Origin: Truepera sp.
GTDB taxonomy: Bacteria > Deinococcota > Deinococci > Deinococcales > Trueperaceae
Reading direction: 5' to 3'
Assembly: GCA_965218435.1 (NCBI GenBank)
Contig: CBDCKW010000009.1
Location: 3,712,001-3,776,000 of the forward strand
Length of the DNA: 64,000 bases
Shown: one piece after another, positions 48,674-60,900 of the stretch
Position numbering within the stretch: position 1 is the stretch's first letter
How the letters are laid out: each line of letters starts with the position of its first letter
The notes under the pieces: model-generated
Seen by the model: the letters and a program-made list of their open reading frames with translations, nothing else
What the model was told of the DNA's origin: nothing
Database searches by the model: none
Made by a program: the position numbers and the translations under genes

Positions 48674-50023
48674 ATGAAACGAAGGCGAACGCTCTTGGCC
48701 GTGGCGCTGCTCGGGTTGCCGCTTCTGGCAAGTGCGCAGTTCTTTAACAATTTTAGTGACGGCGGTGAGCTGTTAACCACGCCTGCAGGTCGGGCGCTGG
48801 CGCAAGTTTACGGCGCACTTAACGCCGGTTATCTCAACAAAGTAGATGACAACAAGTTGCTCGAGGGGTCAATTGACGGGATGATCAAGGCACTAGACGA
48901 CCCCTATACGAGTTACGCGCCCCCTGAACAGGCTGCGCAAGAGGTCGAAAACCGTAGCGGCTCGTTTCAAGGGATCGGCGCGACGCTGCAAGCACGAAAC
49001 CGCGAAAAGAACACCATCGTCGAGGTGATTACCGTCTACCGGGGTTCGCCCGCTGAAAAAGCCGGGGTTAAATCCGGTGACATCTTCGTTGAAATTGACG
49101 GCAAAGATGTAAGTAGTCAAACCACCGACGAGATTGTGCAAAAGGTCCGTGGTCCGGCCGGGACAAAGGTCGAGATCGGCTTTCGTCGTCACGGTCAAGC
49201 CAAACCGGTACGTCTGACGGTCACGCGCGGCAGCATTGACATCATTGACGTCGAGTCGGCGGTCTTGCCGCAAAACGTCGGTTATGTGAGCATCCGTTCG
49301 TTTGCCAACGCCAAGGTTTTTGATCAGCTCGATGCGGCGCTGAACTCGCTGAAAGCCAAGGGCGTCAGCTCGCTGATTCTCGATTTGCGCAACAACGGCG
49401 GTGGTTTGCTCGACCAGGGGATTCGCGTTGCCGACGAGTTTTTGAGCAGTGGCGATATCGTTTTCCAGCGGGCACGGGGCGTCACGCAGCGCCTCGCGGA
49501 AGCGGACCCTGCCTCGTTCAATTTGCCGATGGTGGTACTTGTCAACCGCAACTCGGCGTCGGCGTCGGAGATCGTCGCCGGGGCGCTGCAAGACAACCAC
49601 CGCGCTGAGATTGTCGGCGAGAAAACCTTCGGTAAAGGGGTCGGGCAGAGCGTGATTTCACTGCCGGACGGCGGGCAGCTTGTCTACTTGTCATTTGAAT
49701 GGCTGACGCCTGAGCGCCGCAGCATCAACAAAAAGGGCATTATCCCGGACGTCAAGGTCAACGACGCGCTCGTGCCGCAAGGAATAGCACTCGAGGGCCA
49801 AGGTGCCCAAAAAGGTCAAAAGATTGAGATTCTCGTTAACGGTAAAAAGCTGGGTAACGCCCGTATTGACGCCGACGGCAAGTTTACCTTCGTACAACCC
49901 TTTGACCGTCCGAAAGACAGCTCGGTTCAAGGCGAAGCCATTGTCAACCTCAAAAATGACCCGGCGCTGCAAACTGCCTTTAGCGAAGTCTTAAAGGTCA
50001 GCCGTCAGGTTGCCCAGCAGTAA
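48674..50023 (+). CDS. ctpA: S41 family carboxyl-terminal processing protease
   Basis: LDDPYTSY, GIG PDZ, LDLRNNGGG, SASASEIVAGALQD, TFGKG. Confidence 0.93.
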   Translation: MKRRRTLLAVALLGLPLLASAQFFNNFSDGGELLTTPAGRALAQVYGALNAGYLNKVDDNKLLEGSIDGMIKALDDPYTSYAPPEQAAQEVENRSGSFQGIGATLQARNREKNTIVEVITVYRGSPAEKAGVKSGDIFVEIDGKDVSSQTTDEIVQKVRGPAGTKVEIGFRRHGQAKPVRLTVTRGSIDIIDVESAVLPQNVGYVSIRSFANAKVFDQLDAALNSLKAKGVSSLILDLRNNGGGLLDQGIRVADEFLSSGDIVFQRARGVTQRLAEADPASFNLPMVVLVNRNSASASEIVAGALQDNHRAEIVGEKTFGKGVGQSVISLPDGGQLVYLSFEWLTPERRSINKKGIIPDVKVNDALVPQGIALEGQGAQKGQKIEILVNGKKLGNARIDADGKFTFVQPFDRPKDSSVQGEAIVNLKNDPALQTAFSEVLKVSRQVAQQ

Positions 50024-50043
50024 CGCCTAGTTGTCGCTCAAAC

Positions 50044-50075
50044 CAAAGCCGGAGTGGGGTTCTACTCCGGCTTTG
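50044..50075. terminator. Bidirectional terminator between ctpA and pckA
   Basis: caaagccggagt...actccggctttg. Confidence 0.75.
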
Positions 50076-50094
50076 ACGTCTGGTCGGTTCTGAG

Positions 50095-51660
50095 TCAGCG
50101 GGGGCCAGCTTGCCGCACGTCGTCAGAGACATGATACTGAGCGAAGTTGGCCTTAAACATCGCAGCCAGTTTGTGTGCCTGGGCGTCGTACGCAGCCGGG
50201 TCGGGCCAGGTGGTTCTAGGCCTGAGTAATTCAGCCGGCACGCCGGGGCAGGCGCACGGTACCGCGACATTAAATACCGGATGGACGTCAAAGCTCGCGT
50301 CACTCAGCGCACCGGAGAGCGCGGCCTGCACCATCGTACGGGTATGGTTGAGCGCAATCCGCTGACCGACGCCGTACGGTCCCCCGCTCCAGCCGGTATT
50401 AACGAGCCACACCTCGGTGCCGTGAGCGCGCAATCTGTCGCCCAAGAGCCGCGCGTACACGTCCGGGCTGCGGGGCATAAAAGGTGCGCCGAAACAGGTG
50501 CTAAAGGTCGCGCTCGGTTCGGTAACGCCGCGTTCGGTTCCGGCGATTTTGGCCGTGTAGCCGCTTAAAAAGTGGTACATCGCGCCTTCAGGCGAGAGTT
50601 TGGCGATAGGTGGCAAGACGCCGAACGCGTCGGCGGTCAAAAAGATGACCGTACTCGGATGCCCCGCCTGTCCGCTTTCGCTGGCATTAGGAATAAATGC
50701 AAGTGGGTACGACGCGCGGGTGTTTTGGGTTTTGCGGGCATCATTAAAGTCAACGACGCGGGTGTGCGGGTCAAAAACGACGTTTTCTAAAATCGTGCCG
50801 AAGCGCCCGGTCGTCCCGTAGATTTCAGGTTCAGCCTCCGGCGTCAAGTTGACGACTTTGGCGTAGCAGCCACCCTCGAAGTTAAAAATCCCTGCCTTTG
50901 ACCAGCCGTGTTCATCGTCGCCGATAAGCGTACGCTCCGGGTCGGCGGAGAGAGTTGTTTTGCCGGTACCGGACAAGCCGAAAAAAAGTGCGCTGCACCC
51001 GTCTGCACCGACGTTGGCCGAGCAGTGCATCGGCAGCACGCCCACACCCGGAAGCGTAAAGTTTAGAACTGAAAAGATAGACTTTTTGATCTCCCCGGCG
51101 TACTCGGTTCCGCCGACGAGTACCAGTTTTTCACTGAACGATACGGCAATCACTGTTTCAGAGTGCGTTCCGTGCCTTTTGGGATCAGCCTTAAAACTCG
51201 GCAAGCAGAGTACCGAAAAGTCTGCGTCGGCGGCCTGTTCCGCGCCCTCACTGCGGATAAACATATTTTGGGCGAACAGGCTGTGCCACGCATACTCGGT
51301 CGTAATCCGGACGTGTAAACGGTGTTCGGGGTCGGCCCCGGCAGCTAAGTCTTGGGTAAAAAGTTCTTTATCTGCGGCAGCACTAACCATGTCGCACTTT
51401 AAGGTGTCGAAGTGCGCCTCGGTCAGCGGTTGATTGACCCCGCCCCAAGCCACGGCGTCTCGGGTAAGGCGGTCACGGACGATAAACCGGTCTTTGGGTG
51501 AGCGTCCGGTGAAGTAGCCGGTATCGGCGGCAAGTGCGCCGCCTGCAACCAGCGACCCTTCGCCGCGCGCTAGTGCACGTTCAACAAGAGCGGCACTGGG
51601 TAAATTGAGCTTGGTCTGCGGAAGCTGCGTGATGGGCGTGCGGGACACGGTATCGGCCAT
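50095..51660 (-). CDS. pckA: Phosphoenolpyruvate carboxykinase (ATP)
   Basis: TGRSPKD, YAGEIKK, MHCSAN, GLSGTGKTTLS, IGDDEHGW, EGGCYAK. Confidence 0.97.
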   Translation of the reverse strand: MADTVSRTPITQLPQTKLNLPSAALVERALARGEGSLVAGGALAADTGYFTGRSPKDRFIVRDRLTRDAVAWGGVNQPLTEAHFDTLKCDMVSAAADKELFTQDLAAGADPEHRLHVRITTEYAWHSLFAQNMFIRSEGAEQAADADFSVLCLPSFKADPKRHGTHSETVIAVSFSEKLVLVGGTEYAGEIKKSIFSVLNFTLPGVGVLPMHCSANVGADGCSALFFGLSGTGKTTLSADPERTLIGDDEHGWSKAGIFNFEGGCYAKVVNLTPEAEPEIYGTTGRFGTILENVVFDPHTRVVDFNDARKTQNTRASYPLAFIPNASESGQAGHPSTVIFLTADAFGVLPPIAKLSPEGAMYHFLSGYTAKIAGTERGVTEPSATFSTCFGAPFMPRSPDVYARLLGDRLRAHGTEVWLVNTGWSGGPYGVGQRIALNHTRTMVQAALSGALSDASFDVHPVFNVAVPCACPGVPAELLRPRTTWPDPAAYDAQAHKLAAMFKANFAQYHVSDDVRQAGPR

Positions 51661-51910
51661 AGATCACCTGCTTTATCTGAGCTTACTCGTACGTCGTAAA
51701 CGTCATAAATAACGAAAGGGTATATATACACTATGCACATATACGACTGTGACATACAGCATAGCAGAGAGGACGCACCGGTGTGCGTAGGCTGTCACGC
51801 CTTGTGTATTTGTATAAGGCGGAGCGGTTCCAGACTGGGTTCACAGCGGTTTTTGCGATTTTTATAGCTGCTAAACGCGAATCTCATAAAGTTTGGTGAA
51901 GCTAGCGCAC

Positions 51911-54900
51911 TTACCAGGTAAAGCTGACCCCGAAGCCGACGCTGGTGTTTCGGCCCCTAGCGGCCGGGTCAAGTGAGGTGTTAAGCGCGGTGGTGTCAAG
52001 TGACGCGTCGAGGCTGATCAGCGGGGTAATCGCGTAGGAAAGCCCAAGTGAAAAGTCTGTGGCGGCGGACAAGGTACCCAGTCTGTCCGAGAAGTTGACA
52101 CCACCTGAGAGGCTGAGTTCTAAAGGTGCGGCCGTGTAGCGGAGCAAAAACTCGTTAGACAGGGCGTAGGCTTGTTCGGGATCGTCAAAGCGTCCGACTT
52201 GGACGCTGGCAAAAAGATTGTCGCTCAAGTAGCCGCCTACTTTGACCGAGACCCCGAAGTTCTTCTGACCTCCCTCAGTACCTAAAATGCTCGAGAACGC
52301 ACTCGTCCGAATCTCTAACAGGTCGGTACCGAGTACCTCGTTTAAGGCGTCTTGCAGTTCGGAAACGACGAGCAGGTCAACCGCTGTGTCGAGCGCACTT
52401 TCGGCTACGGTTCCGGCGAGGCTGTTCGCGCCCCCGACGGCGGTATCGAGTTGTAAGCGCCCGAGGGTCAAAAGTGAGACGAGTTCGGCTTCGGTGAGCG
52501 GTTGGGGGTTGCCGGTTCCCTCTTGTAGCTCTGCGTTGCTCGAGAGCGTCGGGGACAAGTCGAGCACGCGCCGACCCGACGTACTTTCTTCAAAACCACC
52601 GGTAATCTGCAAGTTGACCTGGAAGCTCGGACCGGGGGGTTCGACAAGCTCAGGCTGAGCAGTTTGCGTCGCCGGTATGCCCCCGAGGGCGCGTCCCTTA
52701 TCAAAGCTGGCGGTCGCCCCCAGCGCCAAGGTCGGATAAACGCCGCGCGCCGGGTCAAAGGTGGCGACCGCTTGGGTCAGCGAAAAGTCCTGGCCGGAAA
52801 AACGGATCGAGCCGTCAAGTGTCTGGGCCTGACCGCCTAGTAGGGGCTGCGCGGCCGTACCTGAGAGCGTCAAGTCAAGGCTCAGCTCGGCGCTGCCGAA
52901 AGCCTCGTTAAAAAGTACCTCACGGGGAGCCTGCAGCGTTACGTCATCAAAGCGGATACGGGCGAGGACCGGATTGGTCGCGCGGGGTGCGGCGCTTGGT
53001 ACGGCAGCCGGGGCTGTGATGAGGAGGTCGGCGGTGGGGTCGGTATTACCCACACTATTTGGGGCCGCACTACTTGAAGTTGTACCGGTTGAAGCTGTTA
53101 GGTTCGGGTCTAACGTGCTAAAGACTGTGCCTTGGGTCGTCGCCGGGTCAGTGACAGCCGACGCCGAGGCCGTTGACCCCAGTAGGTCCGGCGTCACCGG
53201 GGCTGCGTTAGAGGGTACGTCAGGGGCTGCGTCAGTTGGGTCAGTAGCCGGGGGTGCAGGGTTTGGGGCCGGTGCTGGTGGTTCGGCCGAACCGGTTGGC
53301 GCGCCCGCCGCCGGAGTTCCTTCGCTGCGGTTAAGTGAGAGCTGCGCCCGGTTGACAAACGCGCTACCCGAGAGCGTCAACCCGCCGCCGCCGGACTTAA
53401 GGGTCAGGTCAACGTCGGTACTGCTCGAGGCGACAAACAGCCGCCGCGCCTGGACGTCGAGGTTTTGCCCTCTAAGCTCGAGGTCGAGCGGGGTGAGGCT
53501 GCCGGACACCCGAAACGGTCGTCCGAGAACGCCCTCACTACTCAGTTGCAAACCTGTTTCGGACGGGGTGATGCGGCCCTGAAGCTGAGTGACGCGGCCG
53601 AGCGTCGGGACGGCCGCGTCACCACTAAAACGCAGGGCGAGACCGTTCGTGGCAAACGGCGCGAGGTTGAGCTGCCCGCTACCGGAGAGCTCGAGCCGCC
53701 CCTGAAGCGGCGCGACGCCTAAGAGCGACCCCTTGAGCCCGAACGCGCCGCCTGACAGCGAAGCGGTCGTCCCAACCGCGCGGTAACGGGTACCGGCGAC
53801 CTGCAGCGCCAACCGGGGGCTTGAGAGCGTGATGTCAGGCGCGGACGCGCTCCCCGACGCTCGCAGGTCTAAAGAGCCCTGTGCGCCGATGTTAAGTGCC
53901 GCGAGCGGCGGCGCGAGCCGGAGCAGCGGCGTAAAGTCGGCGTCTTGCGCCTCGAGGGTAAAGTCTAAGTTTTCCGGCGTTAACACACCCTGAGCCCGCC
54001 AAAAGCCGTCGCCCTTAAACTCGGCGCGTTCAACGTAAAGCCTACCGTTCTCAAACCGCAAGGCGACGTCGCCTTGGGTCGCCTTGCCGGTACTGTCCGG
54101 GCCGGTGCTTTGCAGGGTCAAGCGTTCGGTGGCGAGGCGCACGTACCCGGTGGCTAGGCGGCGCAGCGGCAGCTCGAAACGGGCCGCGCCCGTCACCGCC
54201 GCTTTAACCTGTGACGCGCCGACGAACGCTTCGGGCAGGGCTTGTAAGGGAAAACTCTCGAGCGTCACGAGCCCCGAGAGACTCGGCCCCCGGTCTTCAG
54301 TACCTGCTTGCTCCTTAGCGCGGTTGTAGCGGACGTTAAACCGGCTGTCGGCGACGGTCGCCCTGGCCTCGAGGCTCGTCAAGGTACCGTTAAAATCTAC
54401 TTGCGTCGGTAATTTGTTGGCGAGCACCCTGAGGTCGGGCGCAATCAGCTGACCGACGACCTGCGTCCCGCTAAACGTGGCCACGCCGCTGACCGGGGCG
54501 CTCAAATAGGGCAGCCTCGCTGAAACCTGCGGCACGTCGCCCAAGTTGAAGCGGCTGAGCCGCAGCTGCGCGCTCAGCGTCTCGGTGCCTGCAGGGGTCA
54601 ACCGCCTCAGCGCCTCCGGCAGTAGCCGCGCCCACCCCGCTGCGCCGCTGATCCTCAGGTTTCCCCCGGCGAGAGCGAGTGTCCCGTCGCCGGAAACGTC
54701 GGCGCGGCTGAGCGTCAATTGGCTGCTCAGCGTGCCGACCTCCGGACCGACGCTAAAAATCGGGACTGAACGCACCGTAAGCGTTCCCGTCGGCCCGTCG
54801 GCGCGGGTATAGCCCACCTCAGCCCGCAGGGTTCCTCGTCCGAGCGTCAGGTTGCTCTGAAGCGCAAAGTGGCCCGCGCTCGGATCAGGATCGTAGCGGG

Positions 54901-57900
54901 CGCTGAGCTGCCCCAGCTTGGCGCTCGTCAGGGCTAAGCGACCCGACGCCGCCCGAACGCGAAACGGTACGGCGTCTCTGAGCCAAGGGACAGGCGCAGC
55001 TTTGGTCCCGGACCAACGCCCGGTCAGGTCGGCCTCGAGGTTAGTCAGCGTCCCGGCCAAAGTGCTCGTTCCCGCAAGGGTCAGAGTTCCTGCGGGTGTC
55101 TGCCACCGCAGCGTTTGGGCCGTCAGCTGCGGGATAGGTTGCGCCTTAAGGACGAGGGTGCCGCTCAGCTGCTCGGCTCCCTGAAAGGTGACGCCCTTTG
55201 TCAGCACGGCGTAATCGCCTAAGTCAGCGGGTAAAACGGTGCGGAGAACGAGACCCGGCGCGGCCGGTGCGCCGACCTCGAGCACCAACTTGCGGTCCCC
55301 AGCCTCGCTAGCACGTAACGTCAGCTGCGCCGGACCTACGCCGAGCGCCAGCGCACCCGTGGACTCGAGCTGACCCCCTTGAAAGGCCAACTTTAGGGCT
55401 TGAGCCCCGTTTGTTTCGTTTCCTTTTTGTGTAGAAAGTTGGGGCGTAGAAAGCTCAAGTGCCAGCGGCCAGCCGTTCGCCTTGACGCTAACCGGCGCAC
55501 CCAACTGCGGACTCGTCACCTGAACGTCAAATGCCAGCGCCTCGCGGCCGACTGCAAAGGTGCCCTCCATAGCGTTGCCGTTTTGTGTCAGCTCGAGGTT
55601 CCCCACAAGTTTTGGTGCGGTCAGTGTCCCGCTCAGGCGGCTTGAAACCTGCGTCTGACCTTCGGGGGTCTTTTGGGTGACGTTGACCTGCCCGCGCCAA
55701 CGTTCTTGGTAACGCGCCTGCAGGTCTAACACGCCGACCGGCAGTTTCCCCCGGGCGCTCAGCGCCAGACCTTCTGAGCCGTAACGTGCGGTGAGCGGCA
55801 AAGAAAGCGAAGCTGCCGTCACGGTTCCGGTAACCCGGCCCTGCGTCCGCGTTCCCTGACCTGAAAGGGCGAGCGTGCTGCTTCCCGGCCCGGTGAGTTT
55901 TAGCTTGGTCAATGTCCACGGCAGGGTGCTCACCAAGCCAAGCTGAGCGTTCAGCGCGTCGCCGCTAAACTCGAGGGCGTTTGCCTGCCGCTTAAACGCC
56001 ACCTCGCCGAGACTGACCGGCCCGAAGGCGGCCTGCGTCAGCGTTCCGCTCAAGGTCCCTAAGGCGGCAGAGCCCGCGAGCGTCAACTTCCCTTCCAGTT
56101 GTGAGTTAAGACTCCCTAACGGCCCCGAAAGTGACAGCTGCTGCGGCCCATAAACGCCGTGCCAACCCGCTAATTTGCCGCTACCCTTGAGCTGGACTTG
56201 GCCGCCTTGCGTGGTCAGTTCGGTACGAAAGTCGCCGGAACGAAGCATTCCGGCGGCGCTGACGCCCGCGCGTGTCCGGGTCAAGGTCACGTCTGTTTTT
56301 ACGCCGAGGAGCGCCAGCGTACTGGTCAGCTCGAGCTGACCTTGGCGCGGCGTCAGGGCGGCTTGCAGCGTGCCGTCCGCACTTCCTTGACCCCGCAAGG
56401 CCGCCGTAACCGTCGGGTTGGGGACGCTGCCCGAAAGCTCGAGGTCACCGCCGAGCCGCCAGTCGGCTGCTTTCGGCCCGATATTTTGCAAACTCAGCGT
56501 GCCCGAGAGCGGCGAGTTGGCCGCTGCGCCCGTCAGATAGATAGGCCCCTCGACCCGGCCCTGCCAACCGGGAACGACGTCTTGTAACTGCACAGCTAGC
56601 GCAACCGTCCCTGAAAAGCCGTTACGAAACCGTACTCGGCTGGTCATTCGGCTCTGACCGCTGACGACCTCGAGGTCGGACTGGGCGTTCGGCGCAGCTC
56701 CCCAACGCCCGGTCGCGCGGAGTGCGCCGCTGAGGGTTGATGAGGACGTAAGCGGCAAGAGTTTACCTAACCCTAGTTGGGTCAGCGTCAACGTTGTTCT
56801 GTACCCCTCGGCGTTCGCCGACGCGACCCCGCGCAAACCGTCGCCCTTAAGCGAGAGGCTTGCCCCTTGCCGGGTCGCCTGGAGCGTGCCGTCCGCGCTC
56901 AGGGCTCCCCGTAAGTTGAGAGGTCCCGCCAGTTTCGGCGCAGTCAGGGTTCCTGAAAGCGCCAGCTCGCCCGCGACCGTCAGCGGGTCACCGAGCCATA
57001 CCGGGCTGAGTTTTTGGGCGGGCACGGACACACTCAGCGCACCGCTCACCGCCTGGTCACGCCACGGTTCGGCGCTTAAGGTCGCTGCTAAGGTGGCGAC
57101 CTGGACGTCCTGATACGCTGCTGTGCCCGTAAGCTTTAGCTGCGCTTGCCCCGCCAGCGTCAGCGTCGCTGCTGCGCTGCCCTGCCCAAACGTCGCGTCG
57201 GCGCGGCCGGAAAACCCTGCGCCCTCTTGCCACACCAGATCGCTTTGTAAAGCTACTAGAGGCCGCTTTAGCGTCCCAATCAGCCGGACGCGTTCAGGTA
57301 TGAAATTGGGGTTCAGCACCCCCCGTAAGATGAGGTCATCTTGCGTCAGTGAGACTAGATAACCGGTCTCGAGGGCGCTCAGCCGGAGCGCAATCGGCTC
57401 GCCCGCTGCCGGAACCGAGACGGTGCCGGTCAGCGCAGCTTGGGGGTCACCCCGGCCCGGTACCGTTCCTGAAAGGAAAAGTTGGTTCGTGCCGAACTGC
57501 GCGTTTAACGCCACAACCTCCAGCATCTGTCCGGCTTGGCTAGCCTGTAACGAGGCGCTTAGCGGCGTCTTTATACCCAACACGCCCGTCGGCGCTGCTA
57601 AGGTGGCGTCTAACGTGCGACTCGCTCCTGCTTGCGTGACGGTGCCGGTTAGCCGTGCGCCTCCCAAAGCCACGCGCAGCGTGCCGCCCCCCTGAGCCGG
57701 TGTATACGCGCTTTGAAAGGTGAGGGTTTGACCTTGCCAAGCCCCTTCGCCGCGCACGCTCAAGCTCTTGCCGAGGTCTAACTGCGACCTGAGCTCGAGC
57801 GGCGTCTCACTGTCTGCCACCCGCACGCTGAGCGTGTTAAGCGGCATCTCGCCCTCAACACGCACGCTCGCCCCGGCCACCGTTCCGGTCAACCCCACCC

Positions 57901-60900
57901 CGGTATCCCGGTCGGCGCTCAGCGCAAGGTCAAACGGTCGTCCGGCGGCGGTTCCCTGAGTTTTCAGATCGGCGAAATAACGCAGGCCGTTATCTGCGTT
58001 AGCTGGTCCCGTCGCCACCCGCACGTTGCCGGAAAGCGTGCCCTGAACGGGGGCAAAGGCGCTCAGCCCAACCGCGTCAAACTCGGCTTTGGCCTGGACG
58101 CGGCCCGCCTTACCCGCTACGGTAAGCGGCACCTGCTCCCCGGCAACCGTTAAGGTGGCTGCACCGTCATACCGTGTGCTGCGCCCGCTTACCGCTCCCG
58201 TCAGCGCCACCGGTAGCTCTCGGTAGGGTAGCGTCGTCTGCCCCGTCAGCTCGGCACGCCAGCTCAGGTCGGGCGACGCGGAGACGGTGGCCTCGAGCTG
58301 AGCGTCCGGCAACGCGCTGAGGTTAGGGGTCACCGCTACCTTGCCGTTTAATCCGTCTCGGCTCAGCGTCAGCGGCCCTTCTAAAATTTTTCCCTTGAGA
58401 TTAGCATCGAGAACAGGTTTGGCTAACGCCCCCCGCACCGTCCCGGTAAGGCGGTGCGGCTCGCCCCGCAAGGTAAAAGGTAGCGCCACGGTGCCGTTCC
58501 ATGCGCCGTTTTCCAGCTGGATATTAGCGCCGTCACCTTGAAGAGCGGCAGTGAGGCCGTTTTGCAACGACGCCGACAATCCAACCGCTCGAGCAGGCAA
58601 GGTAACTTGTCCCCCTAGATTCTGCGCAGCAGTCTTTATTTGGCCCCGGAGTCGGGGTTGACCCAAGCTTCCTTGCACCGCGCCCTGAAACGTCGCGGCG
58701 TCCGCGGCTTTGGCCGTCAGCGTCACGTCCAGCTCAGGTAACAGCGTCCCGGTCGCGTTAGCTTGCAGTGTGCCACGTTCAAAACCTGCGGTGAGTCGCA
58801 ACTGCTTGCCCTTACCGTGAAGCTGTGCGGTCGCGTCTCCGGCTGTCAAATTCAAAATTCCACGGTAGCCCTCAGGACTCGAGCCGAGCGTTCCCCCAAC
58901 CCGAGCATCTGTGTTTTGCAGCGCGTTTTGTAGCGCCGCCACCGGTAACTGTGCGAGTGCAACGTTGGTCGCCCGAACCGTCCAGCTGGGTTGTCCGGCT
59001 CGTGTGTCAAAACGAATGTCTAACCCGTTTCCCCGGACACTCGCTGTAATTTTGGCGCGTTGTCCGGTAGCGTTCAGCTTCAGCACCGCTTGGTTATCTC
59101 GTTCGTTATAGCGCCAGCTCGAGCGCACCTCATACCTCTGAGTCAAGGCGTCCACTTGCGCGTTAAGGCCGAGCGTTCCGAGCAGACCGGGTTGCAGCGT
59201 CTCAGCCGGAACGTCGCCGGTCACAGTAAGATTTTTGAGCGTCCCCGCCAGCTTGACGGGTGCGCCGCCGACCGACAAGGTGCCGCGAACCGTGCCTACA
59301 GGGTTTTGCGGCGTTCGGGTAAGGTCGGCGGAAAGCTCGAGCGGTTGACCGCGCAGGGTGGCGGGTTGCTCCAACCCTGCCGACAATGCCCACCCGTTTT
59401 TACCGCGCGTCGCCGTAACCCGCGACAACCCCACGTCGAGCGTCGCCCGGCCCTGCGCCAAATTACCCCTAAGTTGCCACGGCTGCGCGGGCAGCTCGAG
59501 CCCTGCCCGCGCAACCCCCGGTACGCGCCCCGACCCCTGGATGCTCAGCGCCGGGTAGCGGCCCTGCACCCGCGCCGCGCCGTACTCGCCGAGCTGTAAG
59601 GTCGCGTCGGTTTCCGGGAGCGCGGTGCCGGAGAGTGTCAGGGCTTGGCCGAGCACCTGTGACGACGCTTCGAGGGTGAGCCTGTCCCCTTGGGATTGGG
59701 CCTGGGCCTCGAGCGGGAGCCCGAACGCCGTTCCCTGTACCGCCGCCTGTCCTGAAAACTTGGCCCCTTGCCGCGCCAGCGTCGTCTGCACCGTGCCGTG
59801 TAGCGGGAGCCCGAGGGATTGACCTAACTCGCTGAGGGGCAACGTCCCTTCCGTTGACCACGACGCCAGCGAGTCGAAACGCGCCGTAAAAGCTTGCCCG
59901 CCGCTGGTCAGTTTAGCTTGAGTACGAAGTTTCCCCGACGCGTCAGGTTTAGCGGTAACGGACACGCCTACGCCGCCGAGTTTGCCTGAGAGGTCGGCCT
60001 TTTGCCCGGTCAGCGACGCGTTCCCGGATAATGTCAGCGGCTTTTCAAATGTCTGTCCGGCGAGCGTTGCGCCTTTTTCACTCTGGACCAAAAGCTTCGT
60101 CTGCTGCGCGTTGCCGGTTGCCTGAAGCGTCGTCGCGGGGCCGTTCCCGGTTGTTTTGGCGCGTAAGTCGAGCTCGAGGCTCTTACTGAGCTGCGCCGCC
60201 CGACCTTTTACGGTGCCCTTTGCTGCGAACGTTTCACCGAGCGCCCCGATACGGGCGTTGCTGAGTGTACCGGTCAGCTCACCGTTTTGAAGTGAGACGT
60301 CAACCCCGGCCTTCTTATCTTTGACCGACGCGGTGAGACCGTCTTGTTGCGTCAGCTTGACGCCCGCATTTAGGTCGGGGAGGCTGACACCTGAGCCGCG
60401 TAAGTTTTTTGTGACCAGCTGCGCCGTCGCCGAAAGCTGCCCCTGCCGGTTTCCTGACGGTCGGTTAAGTTGTCCATTTTGCACCGCGACGCTGCCCTGA
60501 GCGCGTCCGCTCAGCGGGGTAGGGGAGAGCGTATAACGCAGGTCGTTTAGAGTACCGGACACGTCAAGCGGGCCGAAATCGCCTTTTATTCCGGCAAGTG
60601 TCCCGTCTCTCAAGGTCGCTGTGGCTCTTCCGGCAAAGTTTGCTTCAGCCCTTACACCGCCCGTTGCCGGGTGAACCCCGTCGGGTCCTGTCACGCGTAA
60701 CGTCAGCGGCAGTTCGCTCAAGGAGCCGTCGGTTTTTGCAGTCACGGTTACGGGGTCGGCCAAACCGGGCAGCGTCAGCTGTGTTGCCTGCACCGTTCCG
60801 TCTAAGATGTTGCCTTTAAGTCCCGACTCTCCCGTCAGCCTCGCACCGAGAGCGTCTTGACCGGACAAGTCAACTCGCCATGCCTGAGGGTTCTTCTTTG

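Noticed and set aside
51683..51699. RDRM (DdrO box)-like 17-mer ttactcgtacgtcgtaa upstream of pckA
   Set aside because: Mismatches in the conserved half-site and inner positions, and pckA is not a typical radiation/desiccation regulon gene
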